Positions 20,789 through 33,215 of a stretch of 64,000 nucleotides of DNA are shown here, piece by piece. Position 1 is the first letter of the stretch. Every line of letters begins with the position of its first letter. The notes beneath the pieces were generated by a model that saw nothing but the letters and a program-made list of their open reading frames with translations, was not told the origin of the DNA and made no database searches. The translations under genes were made by a program, and so were the position numbers. The stretch is from an uncultured Akkermansia sp. (GTDB lineage: Bacteria > Verrucomicrobiota > Verrucomicrobiia > Verrucomicrobiales > Akkermansiaceae), in the NCBI GenBank assembly GCA_904501955.1, contig CAJGCY010000001.1:7914-71913 (forward strand), written 5' to 3'.

Positions 20789-22584
20789 TGAAAAAGATTC
20801 GCACCATTCTACTCGGAATCGGTATCATCGCTGCGTTGCTGTATGGCTTGGCCCGTATGGCAACGCCGCCTACCGAGCCTACGGCTGCGGAGCATGACAC
20901 CTCCCCCAAACCGCCGGCTGAATATCCGGCTGACCTTGAACAGAAGCTCCGCAGCGTACCTCATATTCACATAAGCCTACATCGTGAAGAGGAGCTCCCG
21001 GCCGATATTGTCTGGGTGCAGCCCGGCGATTTCCCGGAAATCGGTTCCGATAAAGCAAAAAAAGGCGGAACGCTTCGCCTATGCAATGTTGGCCCCTATC
21101 CGGCGAACTTTTTAGCATTCGGAAGCCCCTCTCCGCAGTTTTTTCATTATAACTTATTTGATTGCATTGAGGTACCCCTGGTCAGAACCCACCCCGACAC
21201 CGGAGAGGAAATACCGGGGCTGGCAGAACAATGGGCTGAACATGACGGTAAATTATGGTTCCGGCTCAACAACAAGGCTCGCTACAGCAACGGGCGTCCG
21301 GTAAGAGCACGTGATTTTGCTCTGTATCTATGCATGCAGCATGAATTGGGTAATGTCGCTCCCAGCCATCGTATTTCATCGCTGGAAGTATACGGAGATT
21401 CAGTGCTGGCTGTTAGAACGAGCCAATGTGCCGTCATTCCCTTTGCAACAGCCGCTGCGCATCTGCATCCTGCCGAACCGGGCTTTTACAAAGAGTTCGG
21501 CTCAGACTACAGAACGCGCTATGCGCACCGGATTCCGCCCACTACGGGTGCTTACACCGTGGGGAGAATACAGAGGGGACGCATGTTATCCCTTGAGCGT
21601 AACAAAAATTGGTGGGCTGCAGAGCTGCGTGGCTTCCGCTACACCTGCAATATAGATACCATAGAGCACCATTTCTTAACGGATGAAGCGCAAGCCTGGG
21701 AGTTTTTTCTGCGTGGCAAGTTAGATATCATGCAAACTCGCAACATCGTGGCGTGGCAGGACTACTTACGACAGGCAGATGCAAACATCGCACAGCACCA
21801 CATAGATTTGATGTACCCCATGCCGCCCTATGGTATTGCTCTGAACGCCGCAGCATTACCGGACATTCAGTTACGACAGGGCGTGATGCATGCGATGGAT
21901 ATGCAGCACGCCATGAACATCATTTTTCGCGGAGATGTGGAGCGTTTACCCCAATTCAGTACGGGGTACCACCACTTACCGCATCGAACACCGCATTATA
22001 CCTACTCCCCGGAAAAAGCGAGAGCTGCCTTTACCGCTGCGGGATATACGGAAAGTGGCCCGGACGGCATTCTGCGCAAAAAGGATGGCACAAAACTCAG
22101 CATCAGGCTCGCCTTCTCCCCCTCGCAGAAAATCAGCACCTTAGTCAACCTTTTGTCGCAAAGCGCCGCCGCATGTGGGCTGGAAATCATACCTGAGCCC
22201 CTACCTTGGCAACATTGTGCCAAATTGATTAAGGAAGAAAGACATGAAATGCTCTTTTGGGCTACCGTTGCAACAAGCCCGATACCGGATTATCGCCGCC
22301 ACTTCCACTCTGAAGCAAAGGGAGATGATGCGCCGTTTTGCTTACGCAATGAAATGATGGATACGGCAATTGCTACAGTGGAATCAGCCGCCAACGCAGC
22401 AGAAGCGAAGCAAGCCTGCGCCGAGGTGGATTTACTCATCCATTCACTGGCCATCTGGTTGCCGGGATGGATGGAAAATAAAGCGAACGTTGCAGCTTGG
22501 CCCCATGTTCATTTCCCTCGTACCGGGTACAGAACATACGATGTGGCAGATTCTCATGTTCTCTGGATTTCCTCGGAAAAATAG
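20788..22584 (+). CDS. Family-5 extracellular solute-binding protein (YejA/OppA-like)
   Basis: Motifs AKKGG, PGLAEQW, ARYSNGRPV, TGAY, ERNKNWW, DGILRK; start overlaps the receptor stop (TGATG). Confidence 0.85.
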   Translation: MKKIRTILLGIGIIAALLYGLARMATPPTEPTAAEHDTSPKPPAEYPADLEQKLRSVPHIHISLHREEELPADIVWVQPGDFPEIGSDKAKKGGTLRLCNVGPYPANFLAFGSPSPQFFHYNLFDCIEVPLVRTHPDTGEEIPGLAEQWAEHDGKLWFRLNNKARYSNGRPVRARDFALYLCMQHELGNVAPSHRISSLEVYGDSVLAVRTSQCAVIPFATAAAHLHPAEPGFYKEFGSDYRTRYAHRIPPTTGAYTVGRIQRGRMLSLERNKNWWAAELRGFRYTCNIDTIEHHFLTDEAQAWEFFLRGKLDIMQTRNIVAWQDYLRQADANIAQHHIDLMYPMPPYGIALNAAALPDIQLRQGVMHAMDMQHAMNIIFRGDVERLPQFSTGYHHLPHRTPHYTYSPEKARAAFTAAGYTESGPDGILRKKDGTKLSIRLAFSPSQKISTLVNLLSQSAAACGLEIIPEPLPWQHCAKLIKEERHEMLFWATVATSPIPDYRRHFHSEAKGDDAPFCLRNEMMDTAIATVESAANAAEAKQACAEVDLLIHSLAIWLPGWMENKANVAAWPHVHFPRTGYRTYDVADSHVLWISSEK

Positions 22585-22587
22585 GCT

Positions 22588-23289
22588 ATGGCACTTCACG
22601 TCCGACACACGGCCGTTTGCTCCACCGAACGGCAAGCGATTGTAAGCGCTCTGGTGCTCTTGCTTATAGTTGCTTGCTACGTATTCACTGTGGGGCAACA
22701 TCCGTATACCGAAGTTCAGGATAGACACTCAGCGCAGGTAGTAGCCAATCTAAGCCCGGAGCAGGAGGAAGAAGTGCCCCACCTCATGCACCTCGCCTCA
22801 AACGAGCTCCCGGAACCGCCGCCCTTGTTAGAACCTTACAGCCCGGAAATTGACACCCCGGAGTTAACTATCAGTGAGGCTGAAATCATACAAGGGGAAG
22901 AGGATGAGGCGGAATTCTACTTCTCTTGCTTCACGCCGGGGCAGTTGATGGAACAAGAAGAACCACCGACACCCCCGCCTGCCATACGCAAACTAACACC
23001 AACCCATTCACAAAAGAGCACGTACACACCGCCTCGGTATGCTGCGACTCCACAACCGTCTTACCCTACAGAACTCTTACGCAAAAGACTCACAGGCACT
23101 GTCAGGGTGAGAATTCGGATTGCGGATACAGGAAAAGCTACCGCGGTGGAGGTACTCAGTGCAACACACCCGGCTTTTGCACAATCCGCACGACGCACCA
23201 TCCTACATTCTTGGAGATTTACACCGGCAATGGAAGGCGGCAAAGCAGTGATTTCATCCGTAACAACGACCATCTACTTCAAATTATAA
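22588..23289 (+). CDS. tonB: TonB-family energy transducer
   Basis: N-terminal TM, Pro/Glu-rich linker, C-terminal PSYP..GTVRVRIRI..WRFTPA. Confidence 0.85.
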   Translation: MALHVRHTAVCSTERQAIVSALVLLLIVACYVFTVGQHPYTEVQDRHSAQVVANLSPEQEEEVPHLMHLASNELPEPPPLLEPYSPEIDTPELTISEAEIIQGEEDEAEFYFSCFTPGQLMEQEEPPTPPPAIRKLTPTHSQKSTYTPPRYAATPQPSYPTELLRKRLTGTVRVRIRIADTGKATAVEVLSATHPAFAQSARRTILHSWRFTPAMEGGKAVISSVTTTIYFKL

Positions 23290-23371
23290 CAGCTCCATCA
23301 AAAAAACTCGAGTTAACACGAAAATGTTGCTTGACGTCACTCGAATCGCGTGCTAGAGTATCAAGTGCAAC

Positions 23372-24235
23372 ATGAAAGGTTTTGTACAAAAATTGATAGC
23401 CGCAGCAATGATGCTGGGCGGAGTGGCAAGCGCCTCTGAGCATGGACACGCCGGGTTGACAAGCAATTCTCCCGTACTGTGGGAGATTGATATTCCTTTC
23501 TGGGAGGGACACACCTTGCCTATTAACAACTCCTTGGTAATGTTCGCCATAGCTGTCATTTTCATTACCATCTTATTGCGCCTTGCTTCACGCAGAATGC
23601 AGAGAATTCCGAGTGGCCTGCAAAACTTCGTAGAGTGGGTGTTTGAGCTTCTGTACAATTTCGTGGAGGGGCTTACCGGCAGAAAACTTGCGAAAAAATA
23701 CTTCTGGTACTTTGCAACGGTATTCCTTTTCATTCTCATCAGCAACTACTTGGGCTTGCTGCCGGGTGTGGGCTCCATCACCTATGAGGGTGAGCCCCTG
23801 CTCCGTGGTGCCAATGCTGACTTTAACGTCACTCTCTTCTTGGGCTTCTCATACGCCATCCTTTGGTTTATTTGGGTAATGAAAGAACAGGGGCCGTGGC
23901 ATTTCATCACCCACACCTTCGGCCCGAAAGGCGGCCTGACAGGCTTCCTTAAGTACGCGTTGCTGCCCATTTTCTTCTTCGTCGGGCTTATTGAAATCCT
24001 TTCCATCTGCGTGCGTCCCGTAGCATTGGCAGCACGTCTTTTCGGCAACATCTTTGCAGGTGAATCTATCTTGGAGCAAATGGGCGCCATCAGCTGGGCT
24101 GCCATGCTGCCCTTCATGTTCCTGGAAATCGTGGTAGGCTTCGTTCAGGCATTGGTATTCCTGATGCTGACGGCTATTTTCCTCAAGACCCAAGTGGGTG
24201 GAGATGAGGAAGAAGAAGGCGAATCCGCACATTAA
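23372..24235 (+). CDS. atpB: F0F1 ATP synthase subunit a
   Basis: Motifs PSGLQNFVE, NYLGLLPG, RPVALAARLFGNIFAG, QALVF. Confidence 0.96.
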   Translation: MKGFVQKLIAAAMMLGGVASASEHGHAGLTSNSPVLWEIDIPFWEGHTLPINNSLVMFAIAVIFITILLRLASRRMQRIPSGLQNFVEWVFELLYNFVEGLTGRKLAKKYFWYFATVFLFILISNYLGLLPGVGSITYEGEPLLRGANADFNVTLFLGFSYAILWFIWVMKEQGPWHFITHTFGPKGGLTGFLKYALLPIFFFVGLIEILSICVRPVALAARLFGNIFAGESILEQMGAISWAAMLPFMFLEIVVGFVQALVFLMLTAIFLKTQVGGDEEEEGESAH

Positions 24236-24326
24236 GACCTAGTAATCCCCCTTCCCGCTGCGCCGGATCATGTAGCAAACCGTGACGGCAGGCTGAAGAC
24301 AATAACACAAACACAATCAAACTAAC

Positions 24327-24548
24327 ATGGACATCACAACAATCGCAGACGCTGCTGCCTCCCTCGACTTGGCTTCCATCAAGTCCGGCATGGCTATCCT
24401 CGGTGCCGGTATCGGCATCGGCATCATTGGTATGAAAGCCGCTGAATCCACCGGCCGTAACCCTGCCTCTTTCGGTAAGGTGCTTACCATCTCCATTCTT
24501 CTTGCAGCTCTTATCGAAGGTGTGGCATTCGTTGCCATCTTCATGTAA
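24327..24548 (+). CDS. atpE: F0F1 ATP synthase subunit c
   Basis: GxGxG helix, RNP loop, ion-binding Glu in ALIEG. Confidence 0.96.
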   Translation: MDITTIADAAASLDLASIKSGMAILGAGIGIGIIGMKAAESTGRNPASFGKVLTISILLAALIEGVAFVAIFM

Positions 24549-24647
24549 GAGCGGCTGTTACAATTCTCGGCTGCGCCGCGGAGAACGGCGCAGCCCACAC
24601 TCCTGCTTTTCTCCGACTCATTACAACAAACAAAACGCATCCACAAC

Positions 24648-25169
24648 ATGTACCAACCGGTAATTGCAGCCAGCTTAGAAGACCTCGCAAGTAAATTCGG
24701 TCTGCATACAGACATATTTATCGCACACTCCATTGCCTTCATCATCTTGGTGGCGGTTGTTGTCTACTTCGGCATCAAGCCCATCATGCAGCAGCTTGAA
24801 GAGCGCCGCGCCCGCATTCAGGAGGGCGAGGAGATGCACGCACGCAGCCAAAAAGAGCTCCAAGAGGTCAAAGCGACCGGGGAGCAGATTCTGGCAGATG
24901 CTCACGCCGCCGGAAAACAAGAAATTGAGCAGGCTCGCCAAAATGCAGCTAAGCTGCAAGCTGAGCTCTCCGACAAAGCGTCCGCAGAGGCTCGCGCCAT
25001 CATTGACAACGCCAAACAGCAGGCTGAAATGGATACTCAGCGCGAAAAAGACGCTCTCAAAAATGAGTTTGCCCGACTGGTGGCTCAAGCTACTTCCAAA
25101 GTCACCGGCAAAGTGCTCAGCGAGGCCGACCACCGCGCCATCAATGCTGAAGCCATCAATCAGCTCTAA
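24648..25169 (+). CDS. atpF: F0F1 ATP synthase subunit b
   Basis: N-terminal TM, KPI..LEERR, long coiled coil; operon position. Confidence 0.93.
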   Translation: MYQPVIAASLEDLASKFGLHTDIFIAHSIAFIILVAVVVYFGIKPIMQQLEERRARIQEGEEMHARSQKELQEVKATGEQILADAHAAGKQEIEQARQNAAKLQAELSDKASAEARAIIDNAKQQAEMDTQREKDALKNEFARLVAQATSKVTGKVLSEADHRAINAEAINQL

Positions 25170-25193
25170 TTTTCCGATTCCCCATTTCTCACC

Positions 25194-25589
25194 ATGAAAG
25201 TCACAAAGGAAGCACAGGCACAGGCTCGCCGCCTCATGCGTCTTTGCATCGGTGCAGACGGTCTCTTGCAGGAGGATACCGTCCGCCGAGTGGCAGCCAC
25301 CATTGCAGAGCAAAAGCCGCGCAACTACTTAGGCATACTCAGTGCTCTGACGGAGCTTGTGCGCTTAGAGGTTGCACGCCATACGGCTACCATTACCAGT
25401 GCCATTGCCCTTACACCGGCAGAGCAGCAGCCCATCCGTGCCAAGTTGGATGCCAAGACACCCGGACTGCGCTACGTATGGAAGGTGGATGCCTCCCTCA
25501 TCGGTGGTTTTACGGTTAAGGTAGGTGATGATGTGACTGACGCCTCCATCCGCTCCCGAATCGATAGACTTTCCTCCCTTTCTCTTTAA
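25194..25589 (+). CDS. atpH: F0F1 ATP synthase subunit delta (short form)
   Basis: [29 protein letters not shown]; operon position. Confidence 0.92.
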   Translation: MKVTKEAQAQARRLMRLCIGADGLLQEDTVRRVAATIAEQKPRNYLGILSALTELVRLEVARHTATITSAIALTPAEQQPIRAKLDAKTPGLRYVWKVDASLIGGFTVKVGDDVTDASIRSRIDRLSSLSL

Positions 25590-25639
25590 TCTTCATTCTC
25601 TCCCCTCTCTACATTTTTCAAAATTCAACCATTCAGCGT

Positions 25640-27181
25640 ATGAGCAACATCGTACAAGAACTCGAAGCACAGATCAGAAACGCCTCCACTTCCGCCGTAA
25701 GCGAAAACGTGGGCACTATTAAGGCCATTGGTGACGGCGTAGCACGTATTGAAGGCCTCAGCAACGCCATGCTCAATGAAATGATTGAGTTCCCCGGCGG
25801 AGTCATGGGCTTGGCCATGAACCTCGAAGAAAACGAGGTAGGTGCCGTGCTCATCGGCAATGGCAACGGCCTTAAAGAGGGCGACACCTGTAAGACAACA
25901 GGACGTCTGTTGCAGGTACCCGTTGGTCCGGGCTTGCTTGGTCGTGTTGTGGATACGCTCGGCAACCCGCTCGACGGCAAGGGCCCGATTTCCGCCGCTG
26001 CGTACTACCCGGTGGAAAAGATTGCCTCCGGTATCATTTCCCGTCAGGGTGTGAGCCAGCCGGTGCAGACGGGTATTCTGCCCATCGATGCCATGATTCC
26101 CATCGGTCGTGGCCAGCGAGAGCTTATCATCGGCGACCGTTCCACCGGCAAAACCGCCATTGCGACGGACACCATGATTTCTCAAGCCCGCCAGAACAAG
26201 CAGGCTGAGGAAGGCAAGCTGCCCGGTCACCGCCCGCTCTACAGCATCTACGTCGCCATCGGTCAGAAGCGCGCTACCATCTCCCGCTTGGTTGCCAAGC
26301 TCGAGGAAAGCGGCGCCATGCCCTACAGCATCATTGTGGTAGCCTCCGCCTCCGACAGCGCCGCCATGCAGTACCTTGCCCCTTACGCAGGTTGCGCCAT
26401 GGGTGAGTACTTCATGGATCAAGGTCAGGATGCCTTGATTGTGTATGATGACCTCTCCAAGCACGCTGTAGCCTACCGCCAGGTATCTCTGATTCTGCGT
26501 CGCCCGTCCGGCCGTGAAGCCTACCCCGGTGACGTATTCTACCTGCACAGCCGCTTGTTGGAGCGAGCCGCCCGCATCAATGCCGAGGGTGGCCGTAAAG
26601 GTGGTTCCCTGACCGCCCTGCCCATCATTGAGACTCAGGCGGGTGACGTTTCCGCCTATATTCCCACGAACGTGATTTCCATCACGGACGGTCAGATTTT
26701 CTTGGACACAGACTTGTTCTACCAAGGTGTACGCCCCGCCATCAACGTGGGTATCTCCGTGAGCCGCGTGGGTTCATCCGCTCAGACGAAGATTGTCAAG
26801 AAGCTGGCAGGCTCCGTGAAGCTTGACCTCGCCCAGTTCGAAGAATTGCAAGCATTCGCTCAATTCGGCTCTGACTTGGACGCCAATACCAAGGCTAAGC
26901 TTGAGCGCGGACGCCGCATTGTGGAGCTCTTCAAACAGGGACAATATGACCCGAAGAGCCTGAGCACCGAGGTAATCGACCTCTATGCCATTCAGAAAGG
27001 CTACTTGGATGATGTTCCCGTAGACAAAGTTCAGCAGGTTGTGCGTGAAATGGAAGAAGACGCCCGCACGACTCGTCCTGAGCTCCTTGCAGCCATCGAA
27101 ACTGAAAAAGCTCTCACGGATTCCATTGATGAGCAGCTCAAACAGTTCATGGTTGCTTTCAAATCACGCATGACGAAGTAA
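25640..27181 (+). CDS. atpA: F0F1 ATP synthase subunit alpha
   Basis: Motifs [35 protein letters not shown]. Confidence 0.99.
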   Translation: MSNIVQELEAQIRNASTSAVSENVGTIKAIGDGVARIEGLSNAMLNEMIEFPGGVMGLAMNLEENEVGAVLIGNGNGLKEGDTCKTTGRLLQVPVGPGLLGRVVDTLGNPLDGKGPISAAAYYPVEKIASGIISRQGVSQPVQTGILPIDAMIPIGRGQRELIIGDRSTGKTAIATDTMISQARQNKQAEEGKLPGHRPLYSIYVAIGQKRATISRLVAKLEESGAMPYSIIVVASASDSAAMQYLAPYAGCAMGEYFMDQGQDALIVYDDLSKHAVAYRQVSLILRRPSGREAYPGDVFYLHSRLLERAARINAEGGRKGGSLTALPIIETQAGDVSAYIPTNVISITDGQIFLDTDLFYQGVRPAINVGISVSRVGSSAQTKIVKKLAGSVKLDLAQFEELQAFAQFGSDLDANTKAKLERGRRIVELFKQGQYDPKSLSTEVIDLYAIQKGYLDDVPVDKVQQVVREMEEDARTTRPELLAAIETEKALTDSIDEQLKQFMVAFKSRMTK

Positions 27182-27191
27182 TCCCCCCATC

Positions 27192-29517
<2,326 letters not shown>

Positions 29518-29522
29518 TAGCT

Positions 29523-29939
29523 ATGGCTCTGCACCTCAAAATCATAACCCCCATGCGCACGGCTGTGGATGCCGACATCCACAGCGTGCTGGTGCCCTCC
29601 GTACAGGGTGAGATGGAGGTACTGCCGGATCACGCGGACATCATCGCAGCCATTGATAATGGTGAGCTTGTGTACCGCCCGGTGAACGGCGCCCCTGAAA
29701 GCCTCTTTGTGGGTGGCGGGTTCCTGCAAGTAGAAGGTGATCTTGTCATGCTGGTGACGGACACCGTGCTGAAAGCGGAGGAGATTGACTCCTCATCTGT
29801 AGAGGAGGCCGTTGCCCGCGCGCAGGAAGCCTACCGCAACCAATCCTCTGTGCTCAGCCGCGAGGAACAGACGCACTTGGCTGCGGCCATTGCCCGCCAG
29901 CTTGCCATGCTCGAGTTCCGCCGCAAAAAGAGAGCGTGA
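29523..29939 (+). CDS. atpC: F0F1 ATP synthase subunit epsilon
   Basis: Motifs IITP, GEMEVLPDH, GGGFLQV; last gene of the operon. Confidence 0.95.
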   Translation: MALHLKIITPMRTAVDADIHSVLVPSVQGEMEVLPDHADIIAAIDNGELVYRPVNGAPESLFVGGGFLQVEGDLVMLVTDTVLKAEEIDSSSVEEAVARAQEAYRNQSSVLSREEQTHLAAAIARQLAMLEFRRKKRA

Positions 29940-29963
29940 TTATTTCTCCATTCAAGATTCTTC

Positions 29964-29994
29964 AAAAGGAGCAGGTATTTCCTGCTCCTTTTTT
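29964..29994 (+). terminator. Intrinsic terminator after the atp operon
   Basis: AAAAGGAGCAGG / CCTGCTCCTTTT stem with T-run. Confidence 0.9.
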
Positions 29995-30041
29995 GATGCA
30001 GGAAGGTTCACCGGGTGACACATTTTCGCTGATGTCTGAGC

Positions 30042-30070
30042 TTGACCACACTGCAAGCATGTGTTATAAG
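30042..30070 (+). promoter_or_regulatory. Sigma70-type promoter of the GTPase locus
   Basis: TTGACC-17 nt-TATAAG with extended -10 TG. Confidence 0.6.
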
Positions 30071-30093
30071 AGAGGTGGTACACATCACTGTAT

Positions 30094-31803
30094 ATGAATC
30101 AGCAATTATACATATTTGATTGCCTTACCGGCAAGCTCCGCGTGTCTGACAATAGCTTCATGTCCGTAGGTGCGGGCAAGCAGAATGTGTTCCGTGTTCG
30201 CATGCTTTCGGAAATCGGAGGCACCTTCGCCCTGCGCAATGGTATATGCAGATTCTTCCCGCATTACAGAACAACCGGCTATTCCATTAACGGGAAAACG
30301 GCTGACACGGACACGCTCATCAAGCCGAATCGGCTCTATCTCATGCTGTTAGGTGGCGGTTGCATGGTCGTGTGGTTCGGTAATGCTGATGACCTGCCGG
30401 ACTTTTGTGATTACGACATCAACAGCTGGTACGTGTACACCCCGGAAACCGAGCAATGGAGTGACAGCATCACCTTAGTTAAACTGCTCAGCAACGAAAA
30501 AGAGTACCACCCCTCTGCCTTGATTACATTTGAGGGCTTAGGGCAGAATGCTTTCCGGCTCTCCGACATGAAGGAAGTTGCCGGATTCCTGCTCAGCGAT
30601 AAAGAAAGCAGCCACTCATCCGCTCGCAAAAACGAGGAAAAGGGAGGATACCGCTGCCCCTCATGCATGGAGTGTTTCCGCCCGGATATGGCGCTGAGCA
30701 TTGCCATGCACCCCGCGCTGAAGGGCGACAAGATGCTGGGAGACTACGCCATGCAGCGCTTCACCCCCACGCAATACACCGCAGAGGGGCATCCCTTGGA
30801 TGCCATGGGTGAGCCCTGCGATGACTACGCATGCCCGTATTGCCACTACAAATTGCTGCCGTTCTACTACCAGATGCAGCACCACCATGTAGCGATTATC
30901 GGAGCTCCGGAATCCGGCAAGTCATACTATTTGGCATCTTTAGTGCACCAAATGGAGCGTGAGTTCCCGAGAGATTTCAACATTCCCTTCCGCGATGCCA
31001 ACCCGCAAGAGAACTCCGCGCTCAATAACATGCGTATTCGCCTCTTCTATTCTTCCACACCGGAGGAATTCCGAGAAGCGGCCGGCTTCTTGCAAGGCAA
31101 AAGCGGCAGAAAAGTATACCGCCGTGGTGTCCAGGAGTTTTTGCCGAATCCTTACATTTACACCTTCAACCGCAATACCAGCGCTCACTCCATCGTCTTC
31201 TACAATGCGGAACGAAGCGCCACGGAAAAAACCGAGTCGCTCGTGGAAAAATATGGGCTCAAAGGAGCGGACGCCATCTTCTTTGTGTATGACCCCACGC
31301 AAGATCCGACTTTCCGCGGTGTTTTGGATTCCCTCCACGGCAGCACCGTCCCTCTCCGGCAACAAGAGCACCTCTTGTCAGATGTCGAGATGTACCTGCG
31401 CCGCACGCTGAATCTTCCCCCGGGTGAAAAGACAAACATCCCGCTGGCCATCATCGTCAGCAAGAGCGACCATTGGAAGCACTTGCTCGGGCCGGAGCCT
31501 CTGTTGCCGGTGGTACGTAACGGAAGAATCCGACAGGATAACATACGCCTGAACTCTGAGCGCGTCCGCAACCTGCTCTTTAACCTCACCCCGCAAATAT
31601 GCACCGGGGCGGAGAACCTTTCATCCAATGTCAGTTATTTTGCCGTGTCATCATACGGCGCACGACCGGAGCAATTTATGGATGAGCTTACGGGAGAAAC
31701 CTTCATCGCTCCGAGCGACGGCAAACTCACCCCCTCGCGCGTAACGGAACCGATGCTATGGTTCCTGAACACGCCGGAGGCCGGTGTATTCCCGTGGTAC
31801 TAA
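30094..31803 (+). CDS. TRAFAC-class GTPase (DO-GTPase2-like) with Zn-ribbon and FHA-/GYF-like N-terminal region
   Basis: CPSC and CPYC pairs; G1 GAPESGKS; G4-like IVSKSD; G5-like VSSYG; the G3 position reads FYNAE. Confidence 0.7.
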   Translation: MNQQLYIFDCLTGKLRVSDNSFMSVGAGKQNVFRVRMLSEIGGTFALRNGICRFFPHYRTTGYSINGKTADTDTLIKPNRLYLMLLGGGCMVVWFGNADDLPDFCDYDINSWYVYTPETEQWSDSITLVKLLSNEKEYHPSALITFEGLGQNAFRLSDMKEVAGFLLSDKESSHSSARKNEEKGGYRCPSCMECFRPDMALSIAMHPALKGDKMLGDYAMQRFTPTQYTAEGHPLDAMGEPCDDYACPYCHYKLLPFYYQMQHHHVAIIGAPESGKSYYLASLVHQMEREFPRDFNIPFRDANPQENSALNNMRIRLFYSSTPEEFREAAGFLQGKSGRKVYRRGVQEFLPNPYIYTFNRNTSAHSIVFYNAERSATEKTESLVEKYGLKGADAIFFVYDPTQDPTFRGVLDSLHGSTVPLRQQEHLLSDVEMYLRRTLNLPPGEKTNIPLAIIVSKSDHWKHLLGPEPLLPVVRNGRIRQDNIRLNSERVRNLLFNLTPQICTGAENLSSNVSYFAVSSYGARPEQFMDELTGETFIAPSDGKLTPSRVTEPMLWFLNTPEAGVFPWY

Positions 31804-31829
31804 AAGCACGCAGTCCTCAAACCGCCCCC

Positions 31830-33215
31830 ATGTCATACCAAATCATCAGCGCAGAGCTTGCAACAGAGCCGGGAAGCTTCCGACTCGTTGCGAAAAGCCC
31901 GCACCTTCCTCAGGGGGCTGATGCCATGCTGATAGCGCAGGCGTACCGCACCATCTGCGGTCGTACATTCTTCAGCTACAAACAGGTAGAACATCACGGC
32001 GACACGCTTCACATTCTGGCGGCAGGCATTGCCACCCCGGAGCAAAAAATTGTGCACCAAGTGGCGTTATCTGCACAAGAAGTCACGGGCTTGCAGCAAA
32101 GCAAAGCACGCCCCACGCCTGCCGGCCTCCTTTTGGCATTCTTGCGCAATGAGCATTGGGTGCGTTCTACCACGGAATCTCGCGATTTAGCAACGGAGCC
32201 CCGAGTAGTGGCTGCGGATATTCCTGAAGCCTCCGAGCAAAAGAAATGGAAGGAGCTCACAGGCCATAAAAACGACGTCAGGATTTTCCTGACTCCGCCG
32301 TATGATAAACATTGCCTGGCGATATTCCCTCCGGCGTGCACACCGGAGAACATTCTGGAGCTCTTGCATGAGAGCCAGTGGCTGACCCCGAACCGAGGCT
32401 GGGGGCAAGCATTCCTCGTCAGCGATGAAGCTCCGGAGCCCAACAAGGCGAAGGATGGCGGTATTATTGTGACGAATGCCAACATCGCAGATGAAGCAGC
32501 TTACCAAGGCGTTCCTCTCTTGCGCATCGAACAACATATCGAAACGTCACCGTCCATTATCCCGGCTAAGGTGACGGATGACCATTACCAATACACAGAA
32601 TGCCCCGATTACGACATCTTCGACATACCGCCCCCGGGGGTGAAGGCTCGCCGGCGGATGCTGCAACTCGGCATCGGTATCATCCTCACGGCCACCGTGG
32701 GCATCGGGGCGTATTTCGGTTTCTTCCGTACGCTGAATGAGCCTACGGAAGAACAACTGACGGCAGAGCAACGCTTCATCCTCGCTATCGGAGAGATGGA
32801 GGATTCGCATGACGCTCAGCTCAAGTCGCTGGAAGCTGAGTTCAGGAAGCAACACACCGTCAAAAACCAAGCCATACTGGAATGCATACGCATTTTCACG
32901 GAAGATGCCTACCGCTGCGGCGGGCATCCCAATAATATGCTCACCCTGCTCCGTCTTGCGGACACTATCGGTATAGACGGAGAACTGCTCTGCCTGCGTT
33001 ATCTCGATAAAGTCATTTCCAGTTACCGCCACGAAGACTGGATTCGAGAAAATACAACGACAGAGGAAATTACCGAGTGGAAACACCTGCTTTCCCGCTC
33101 CGCTACGCTGAAAAAATCCCTCAAATATGAGGCAAAATATCGTGACTACATGCGCGATATCATTCTCAGAACGGAAAAAACGCTGACCCAACCCTCACAG
33201 CATGCCCACTCCTAA
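31830..33215 (+). CDS. GTPase-associated protein 1 (GAP1-N2/M)-like membrane protein
   Basis: N-terminal PGSFRLVAKSP..FSY..G..LHIL..KIVHQVAL..RPTPAG; middle WKELTG..LELLHES..GWG; single TM (LGIGIILTATVGIGAYFGFF). Confidence 0.6.
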   Translation: MSYQIISAELATEPGSFRLVAKSPHLPQGADAMLIAQAYRTICGRTFFSYKQVEHHGDTLHILAAGIATPEQKIVHQVALSAQEVTGLQQSKARPTPAGLLLAFLRNEHWVRSTTESRDLATEPRVVAADIPEASEQKKWKELTGHKNDVRIFLTPPYDKHCLAIFPPACTPENILELLHESQWLTPNRGWGQAFLVSDEAPEPNKAKDGGIIVTNANIADEAAYQGVPLLRIEQHIETSPSIIPAKVTDDHYQYTECPDYDIFDIPPPGVKARRRMLQLGIGIILTATVGIGAYFGFFRTLNEPTEEQLTAEQRFILAIGEMEDSHDAQLKSLEAEFRKQHTVKNQAILECIRIFTEDAYRCGGHPNNMLTLLRLADTIGIDGELLCLRYLDKVISSYRHEDWIRENTTTEEITEWKHLLSRSATLKKSLKYEAKYRDYMRDIILRTEKTLTQPSQHAHS

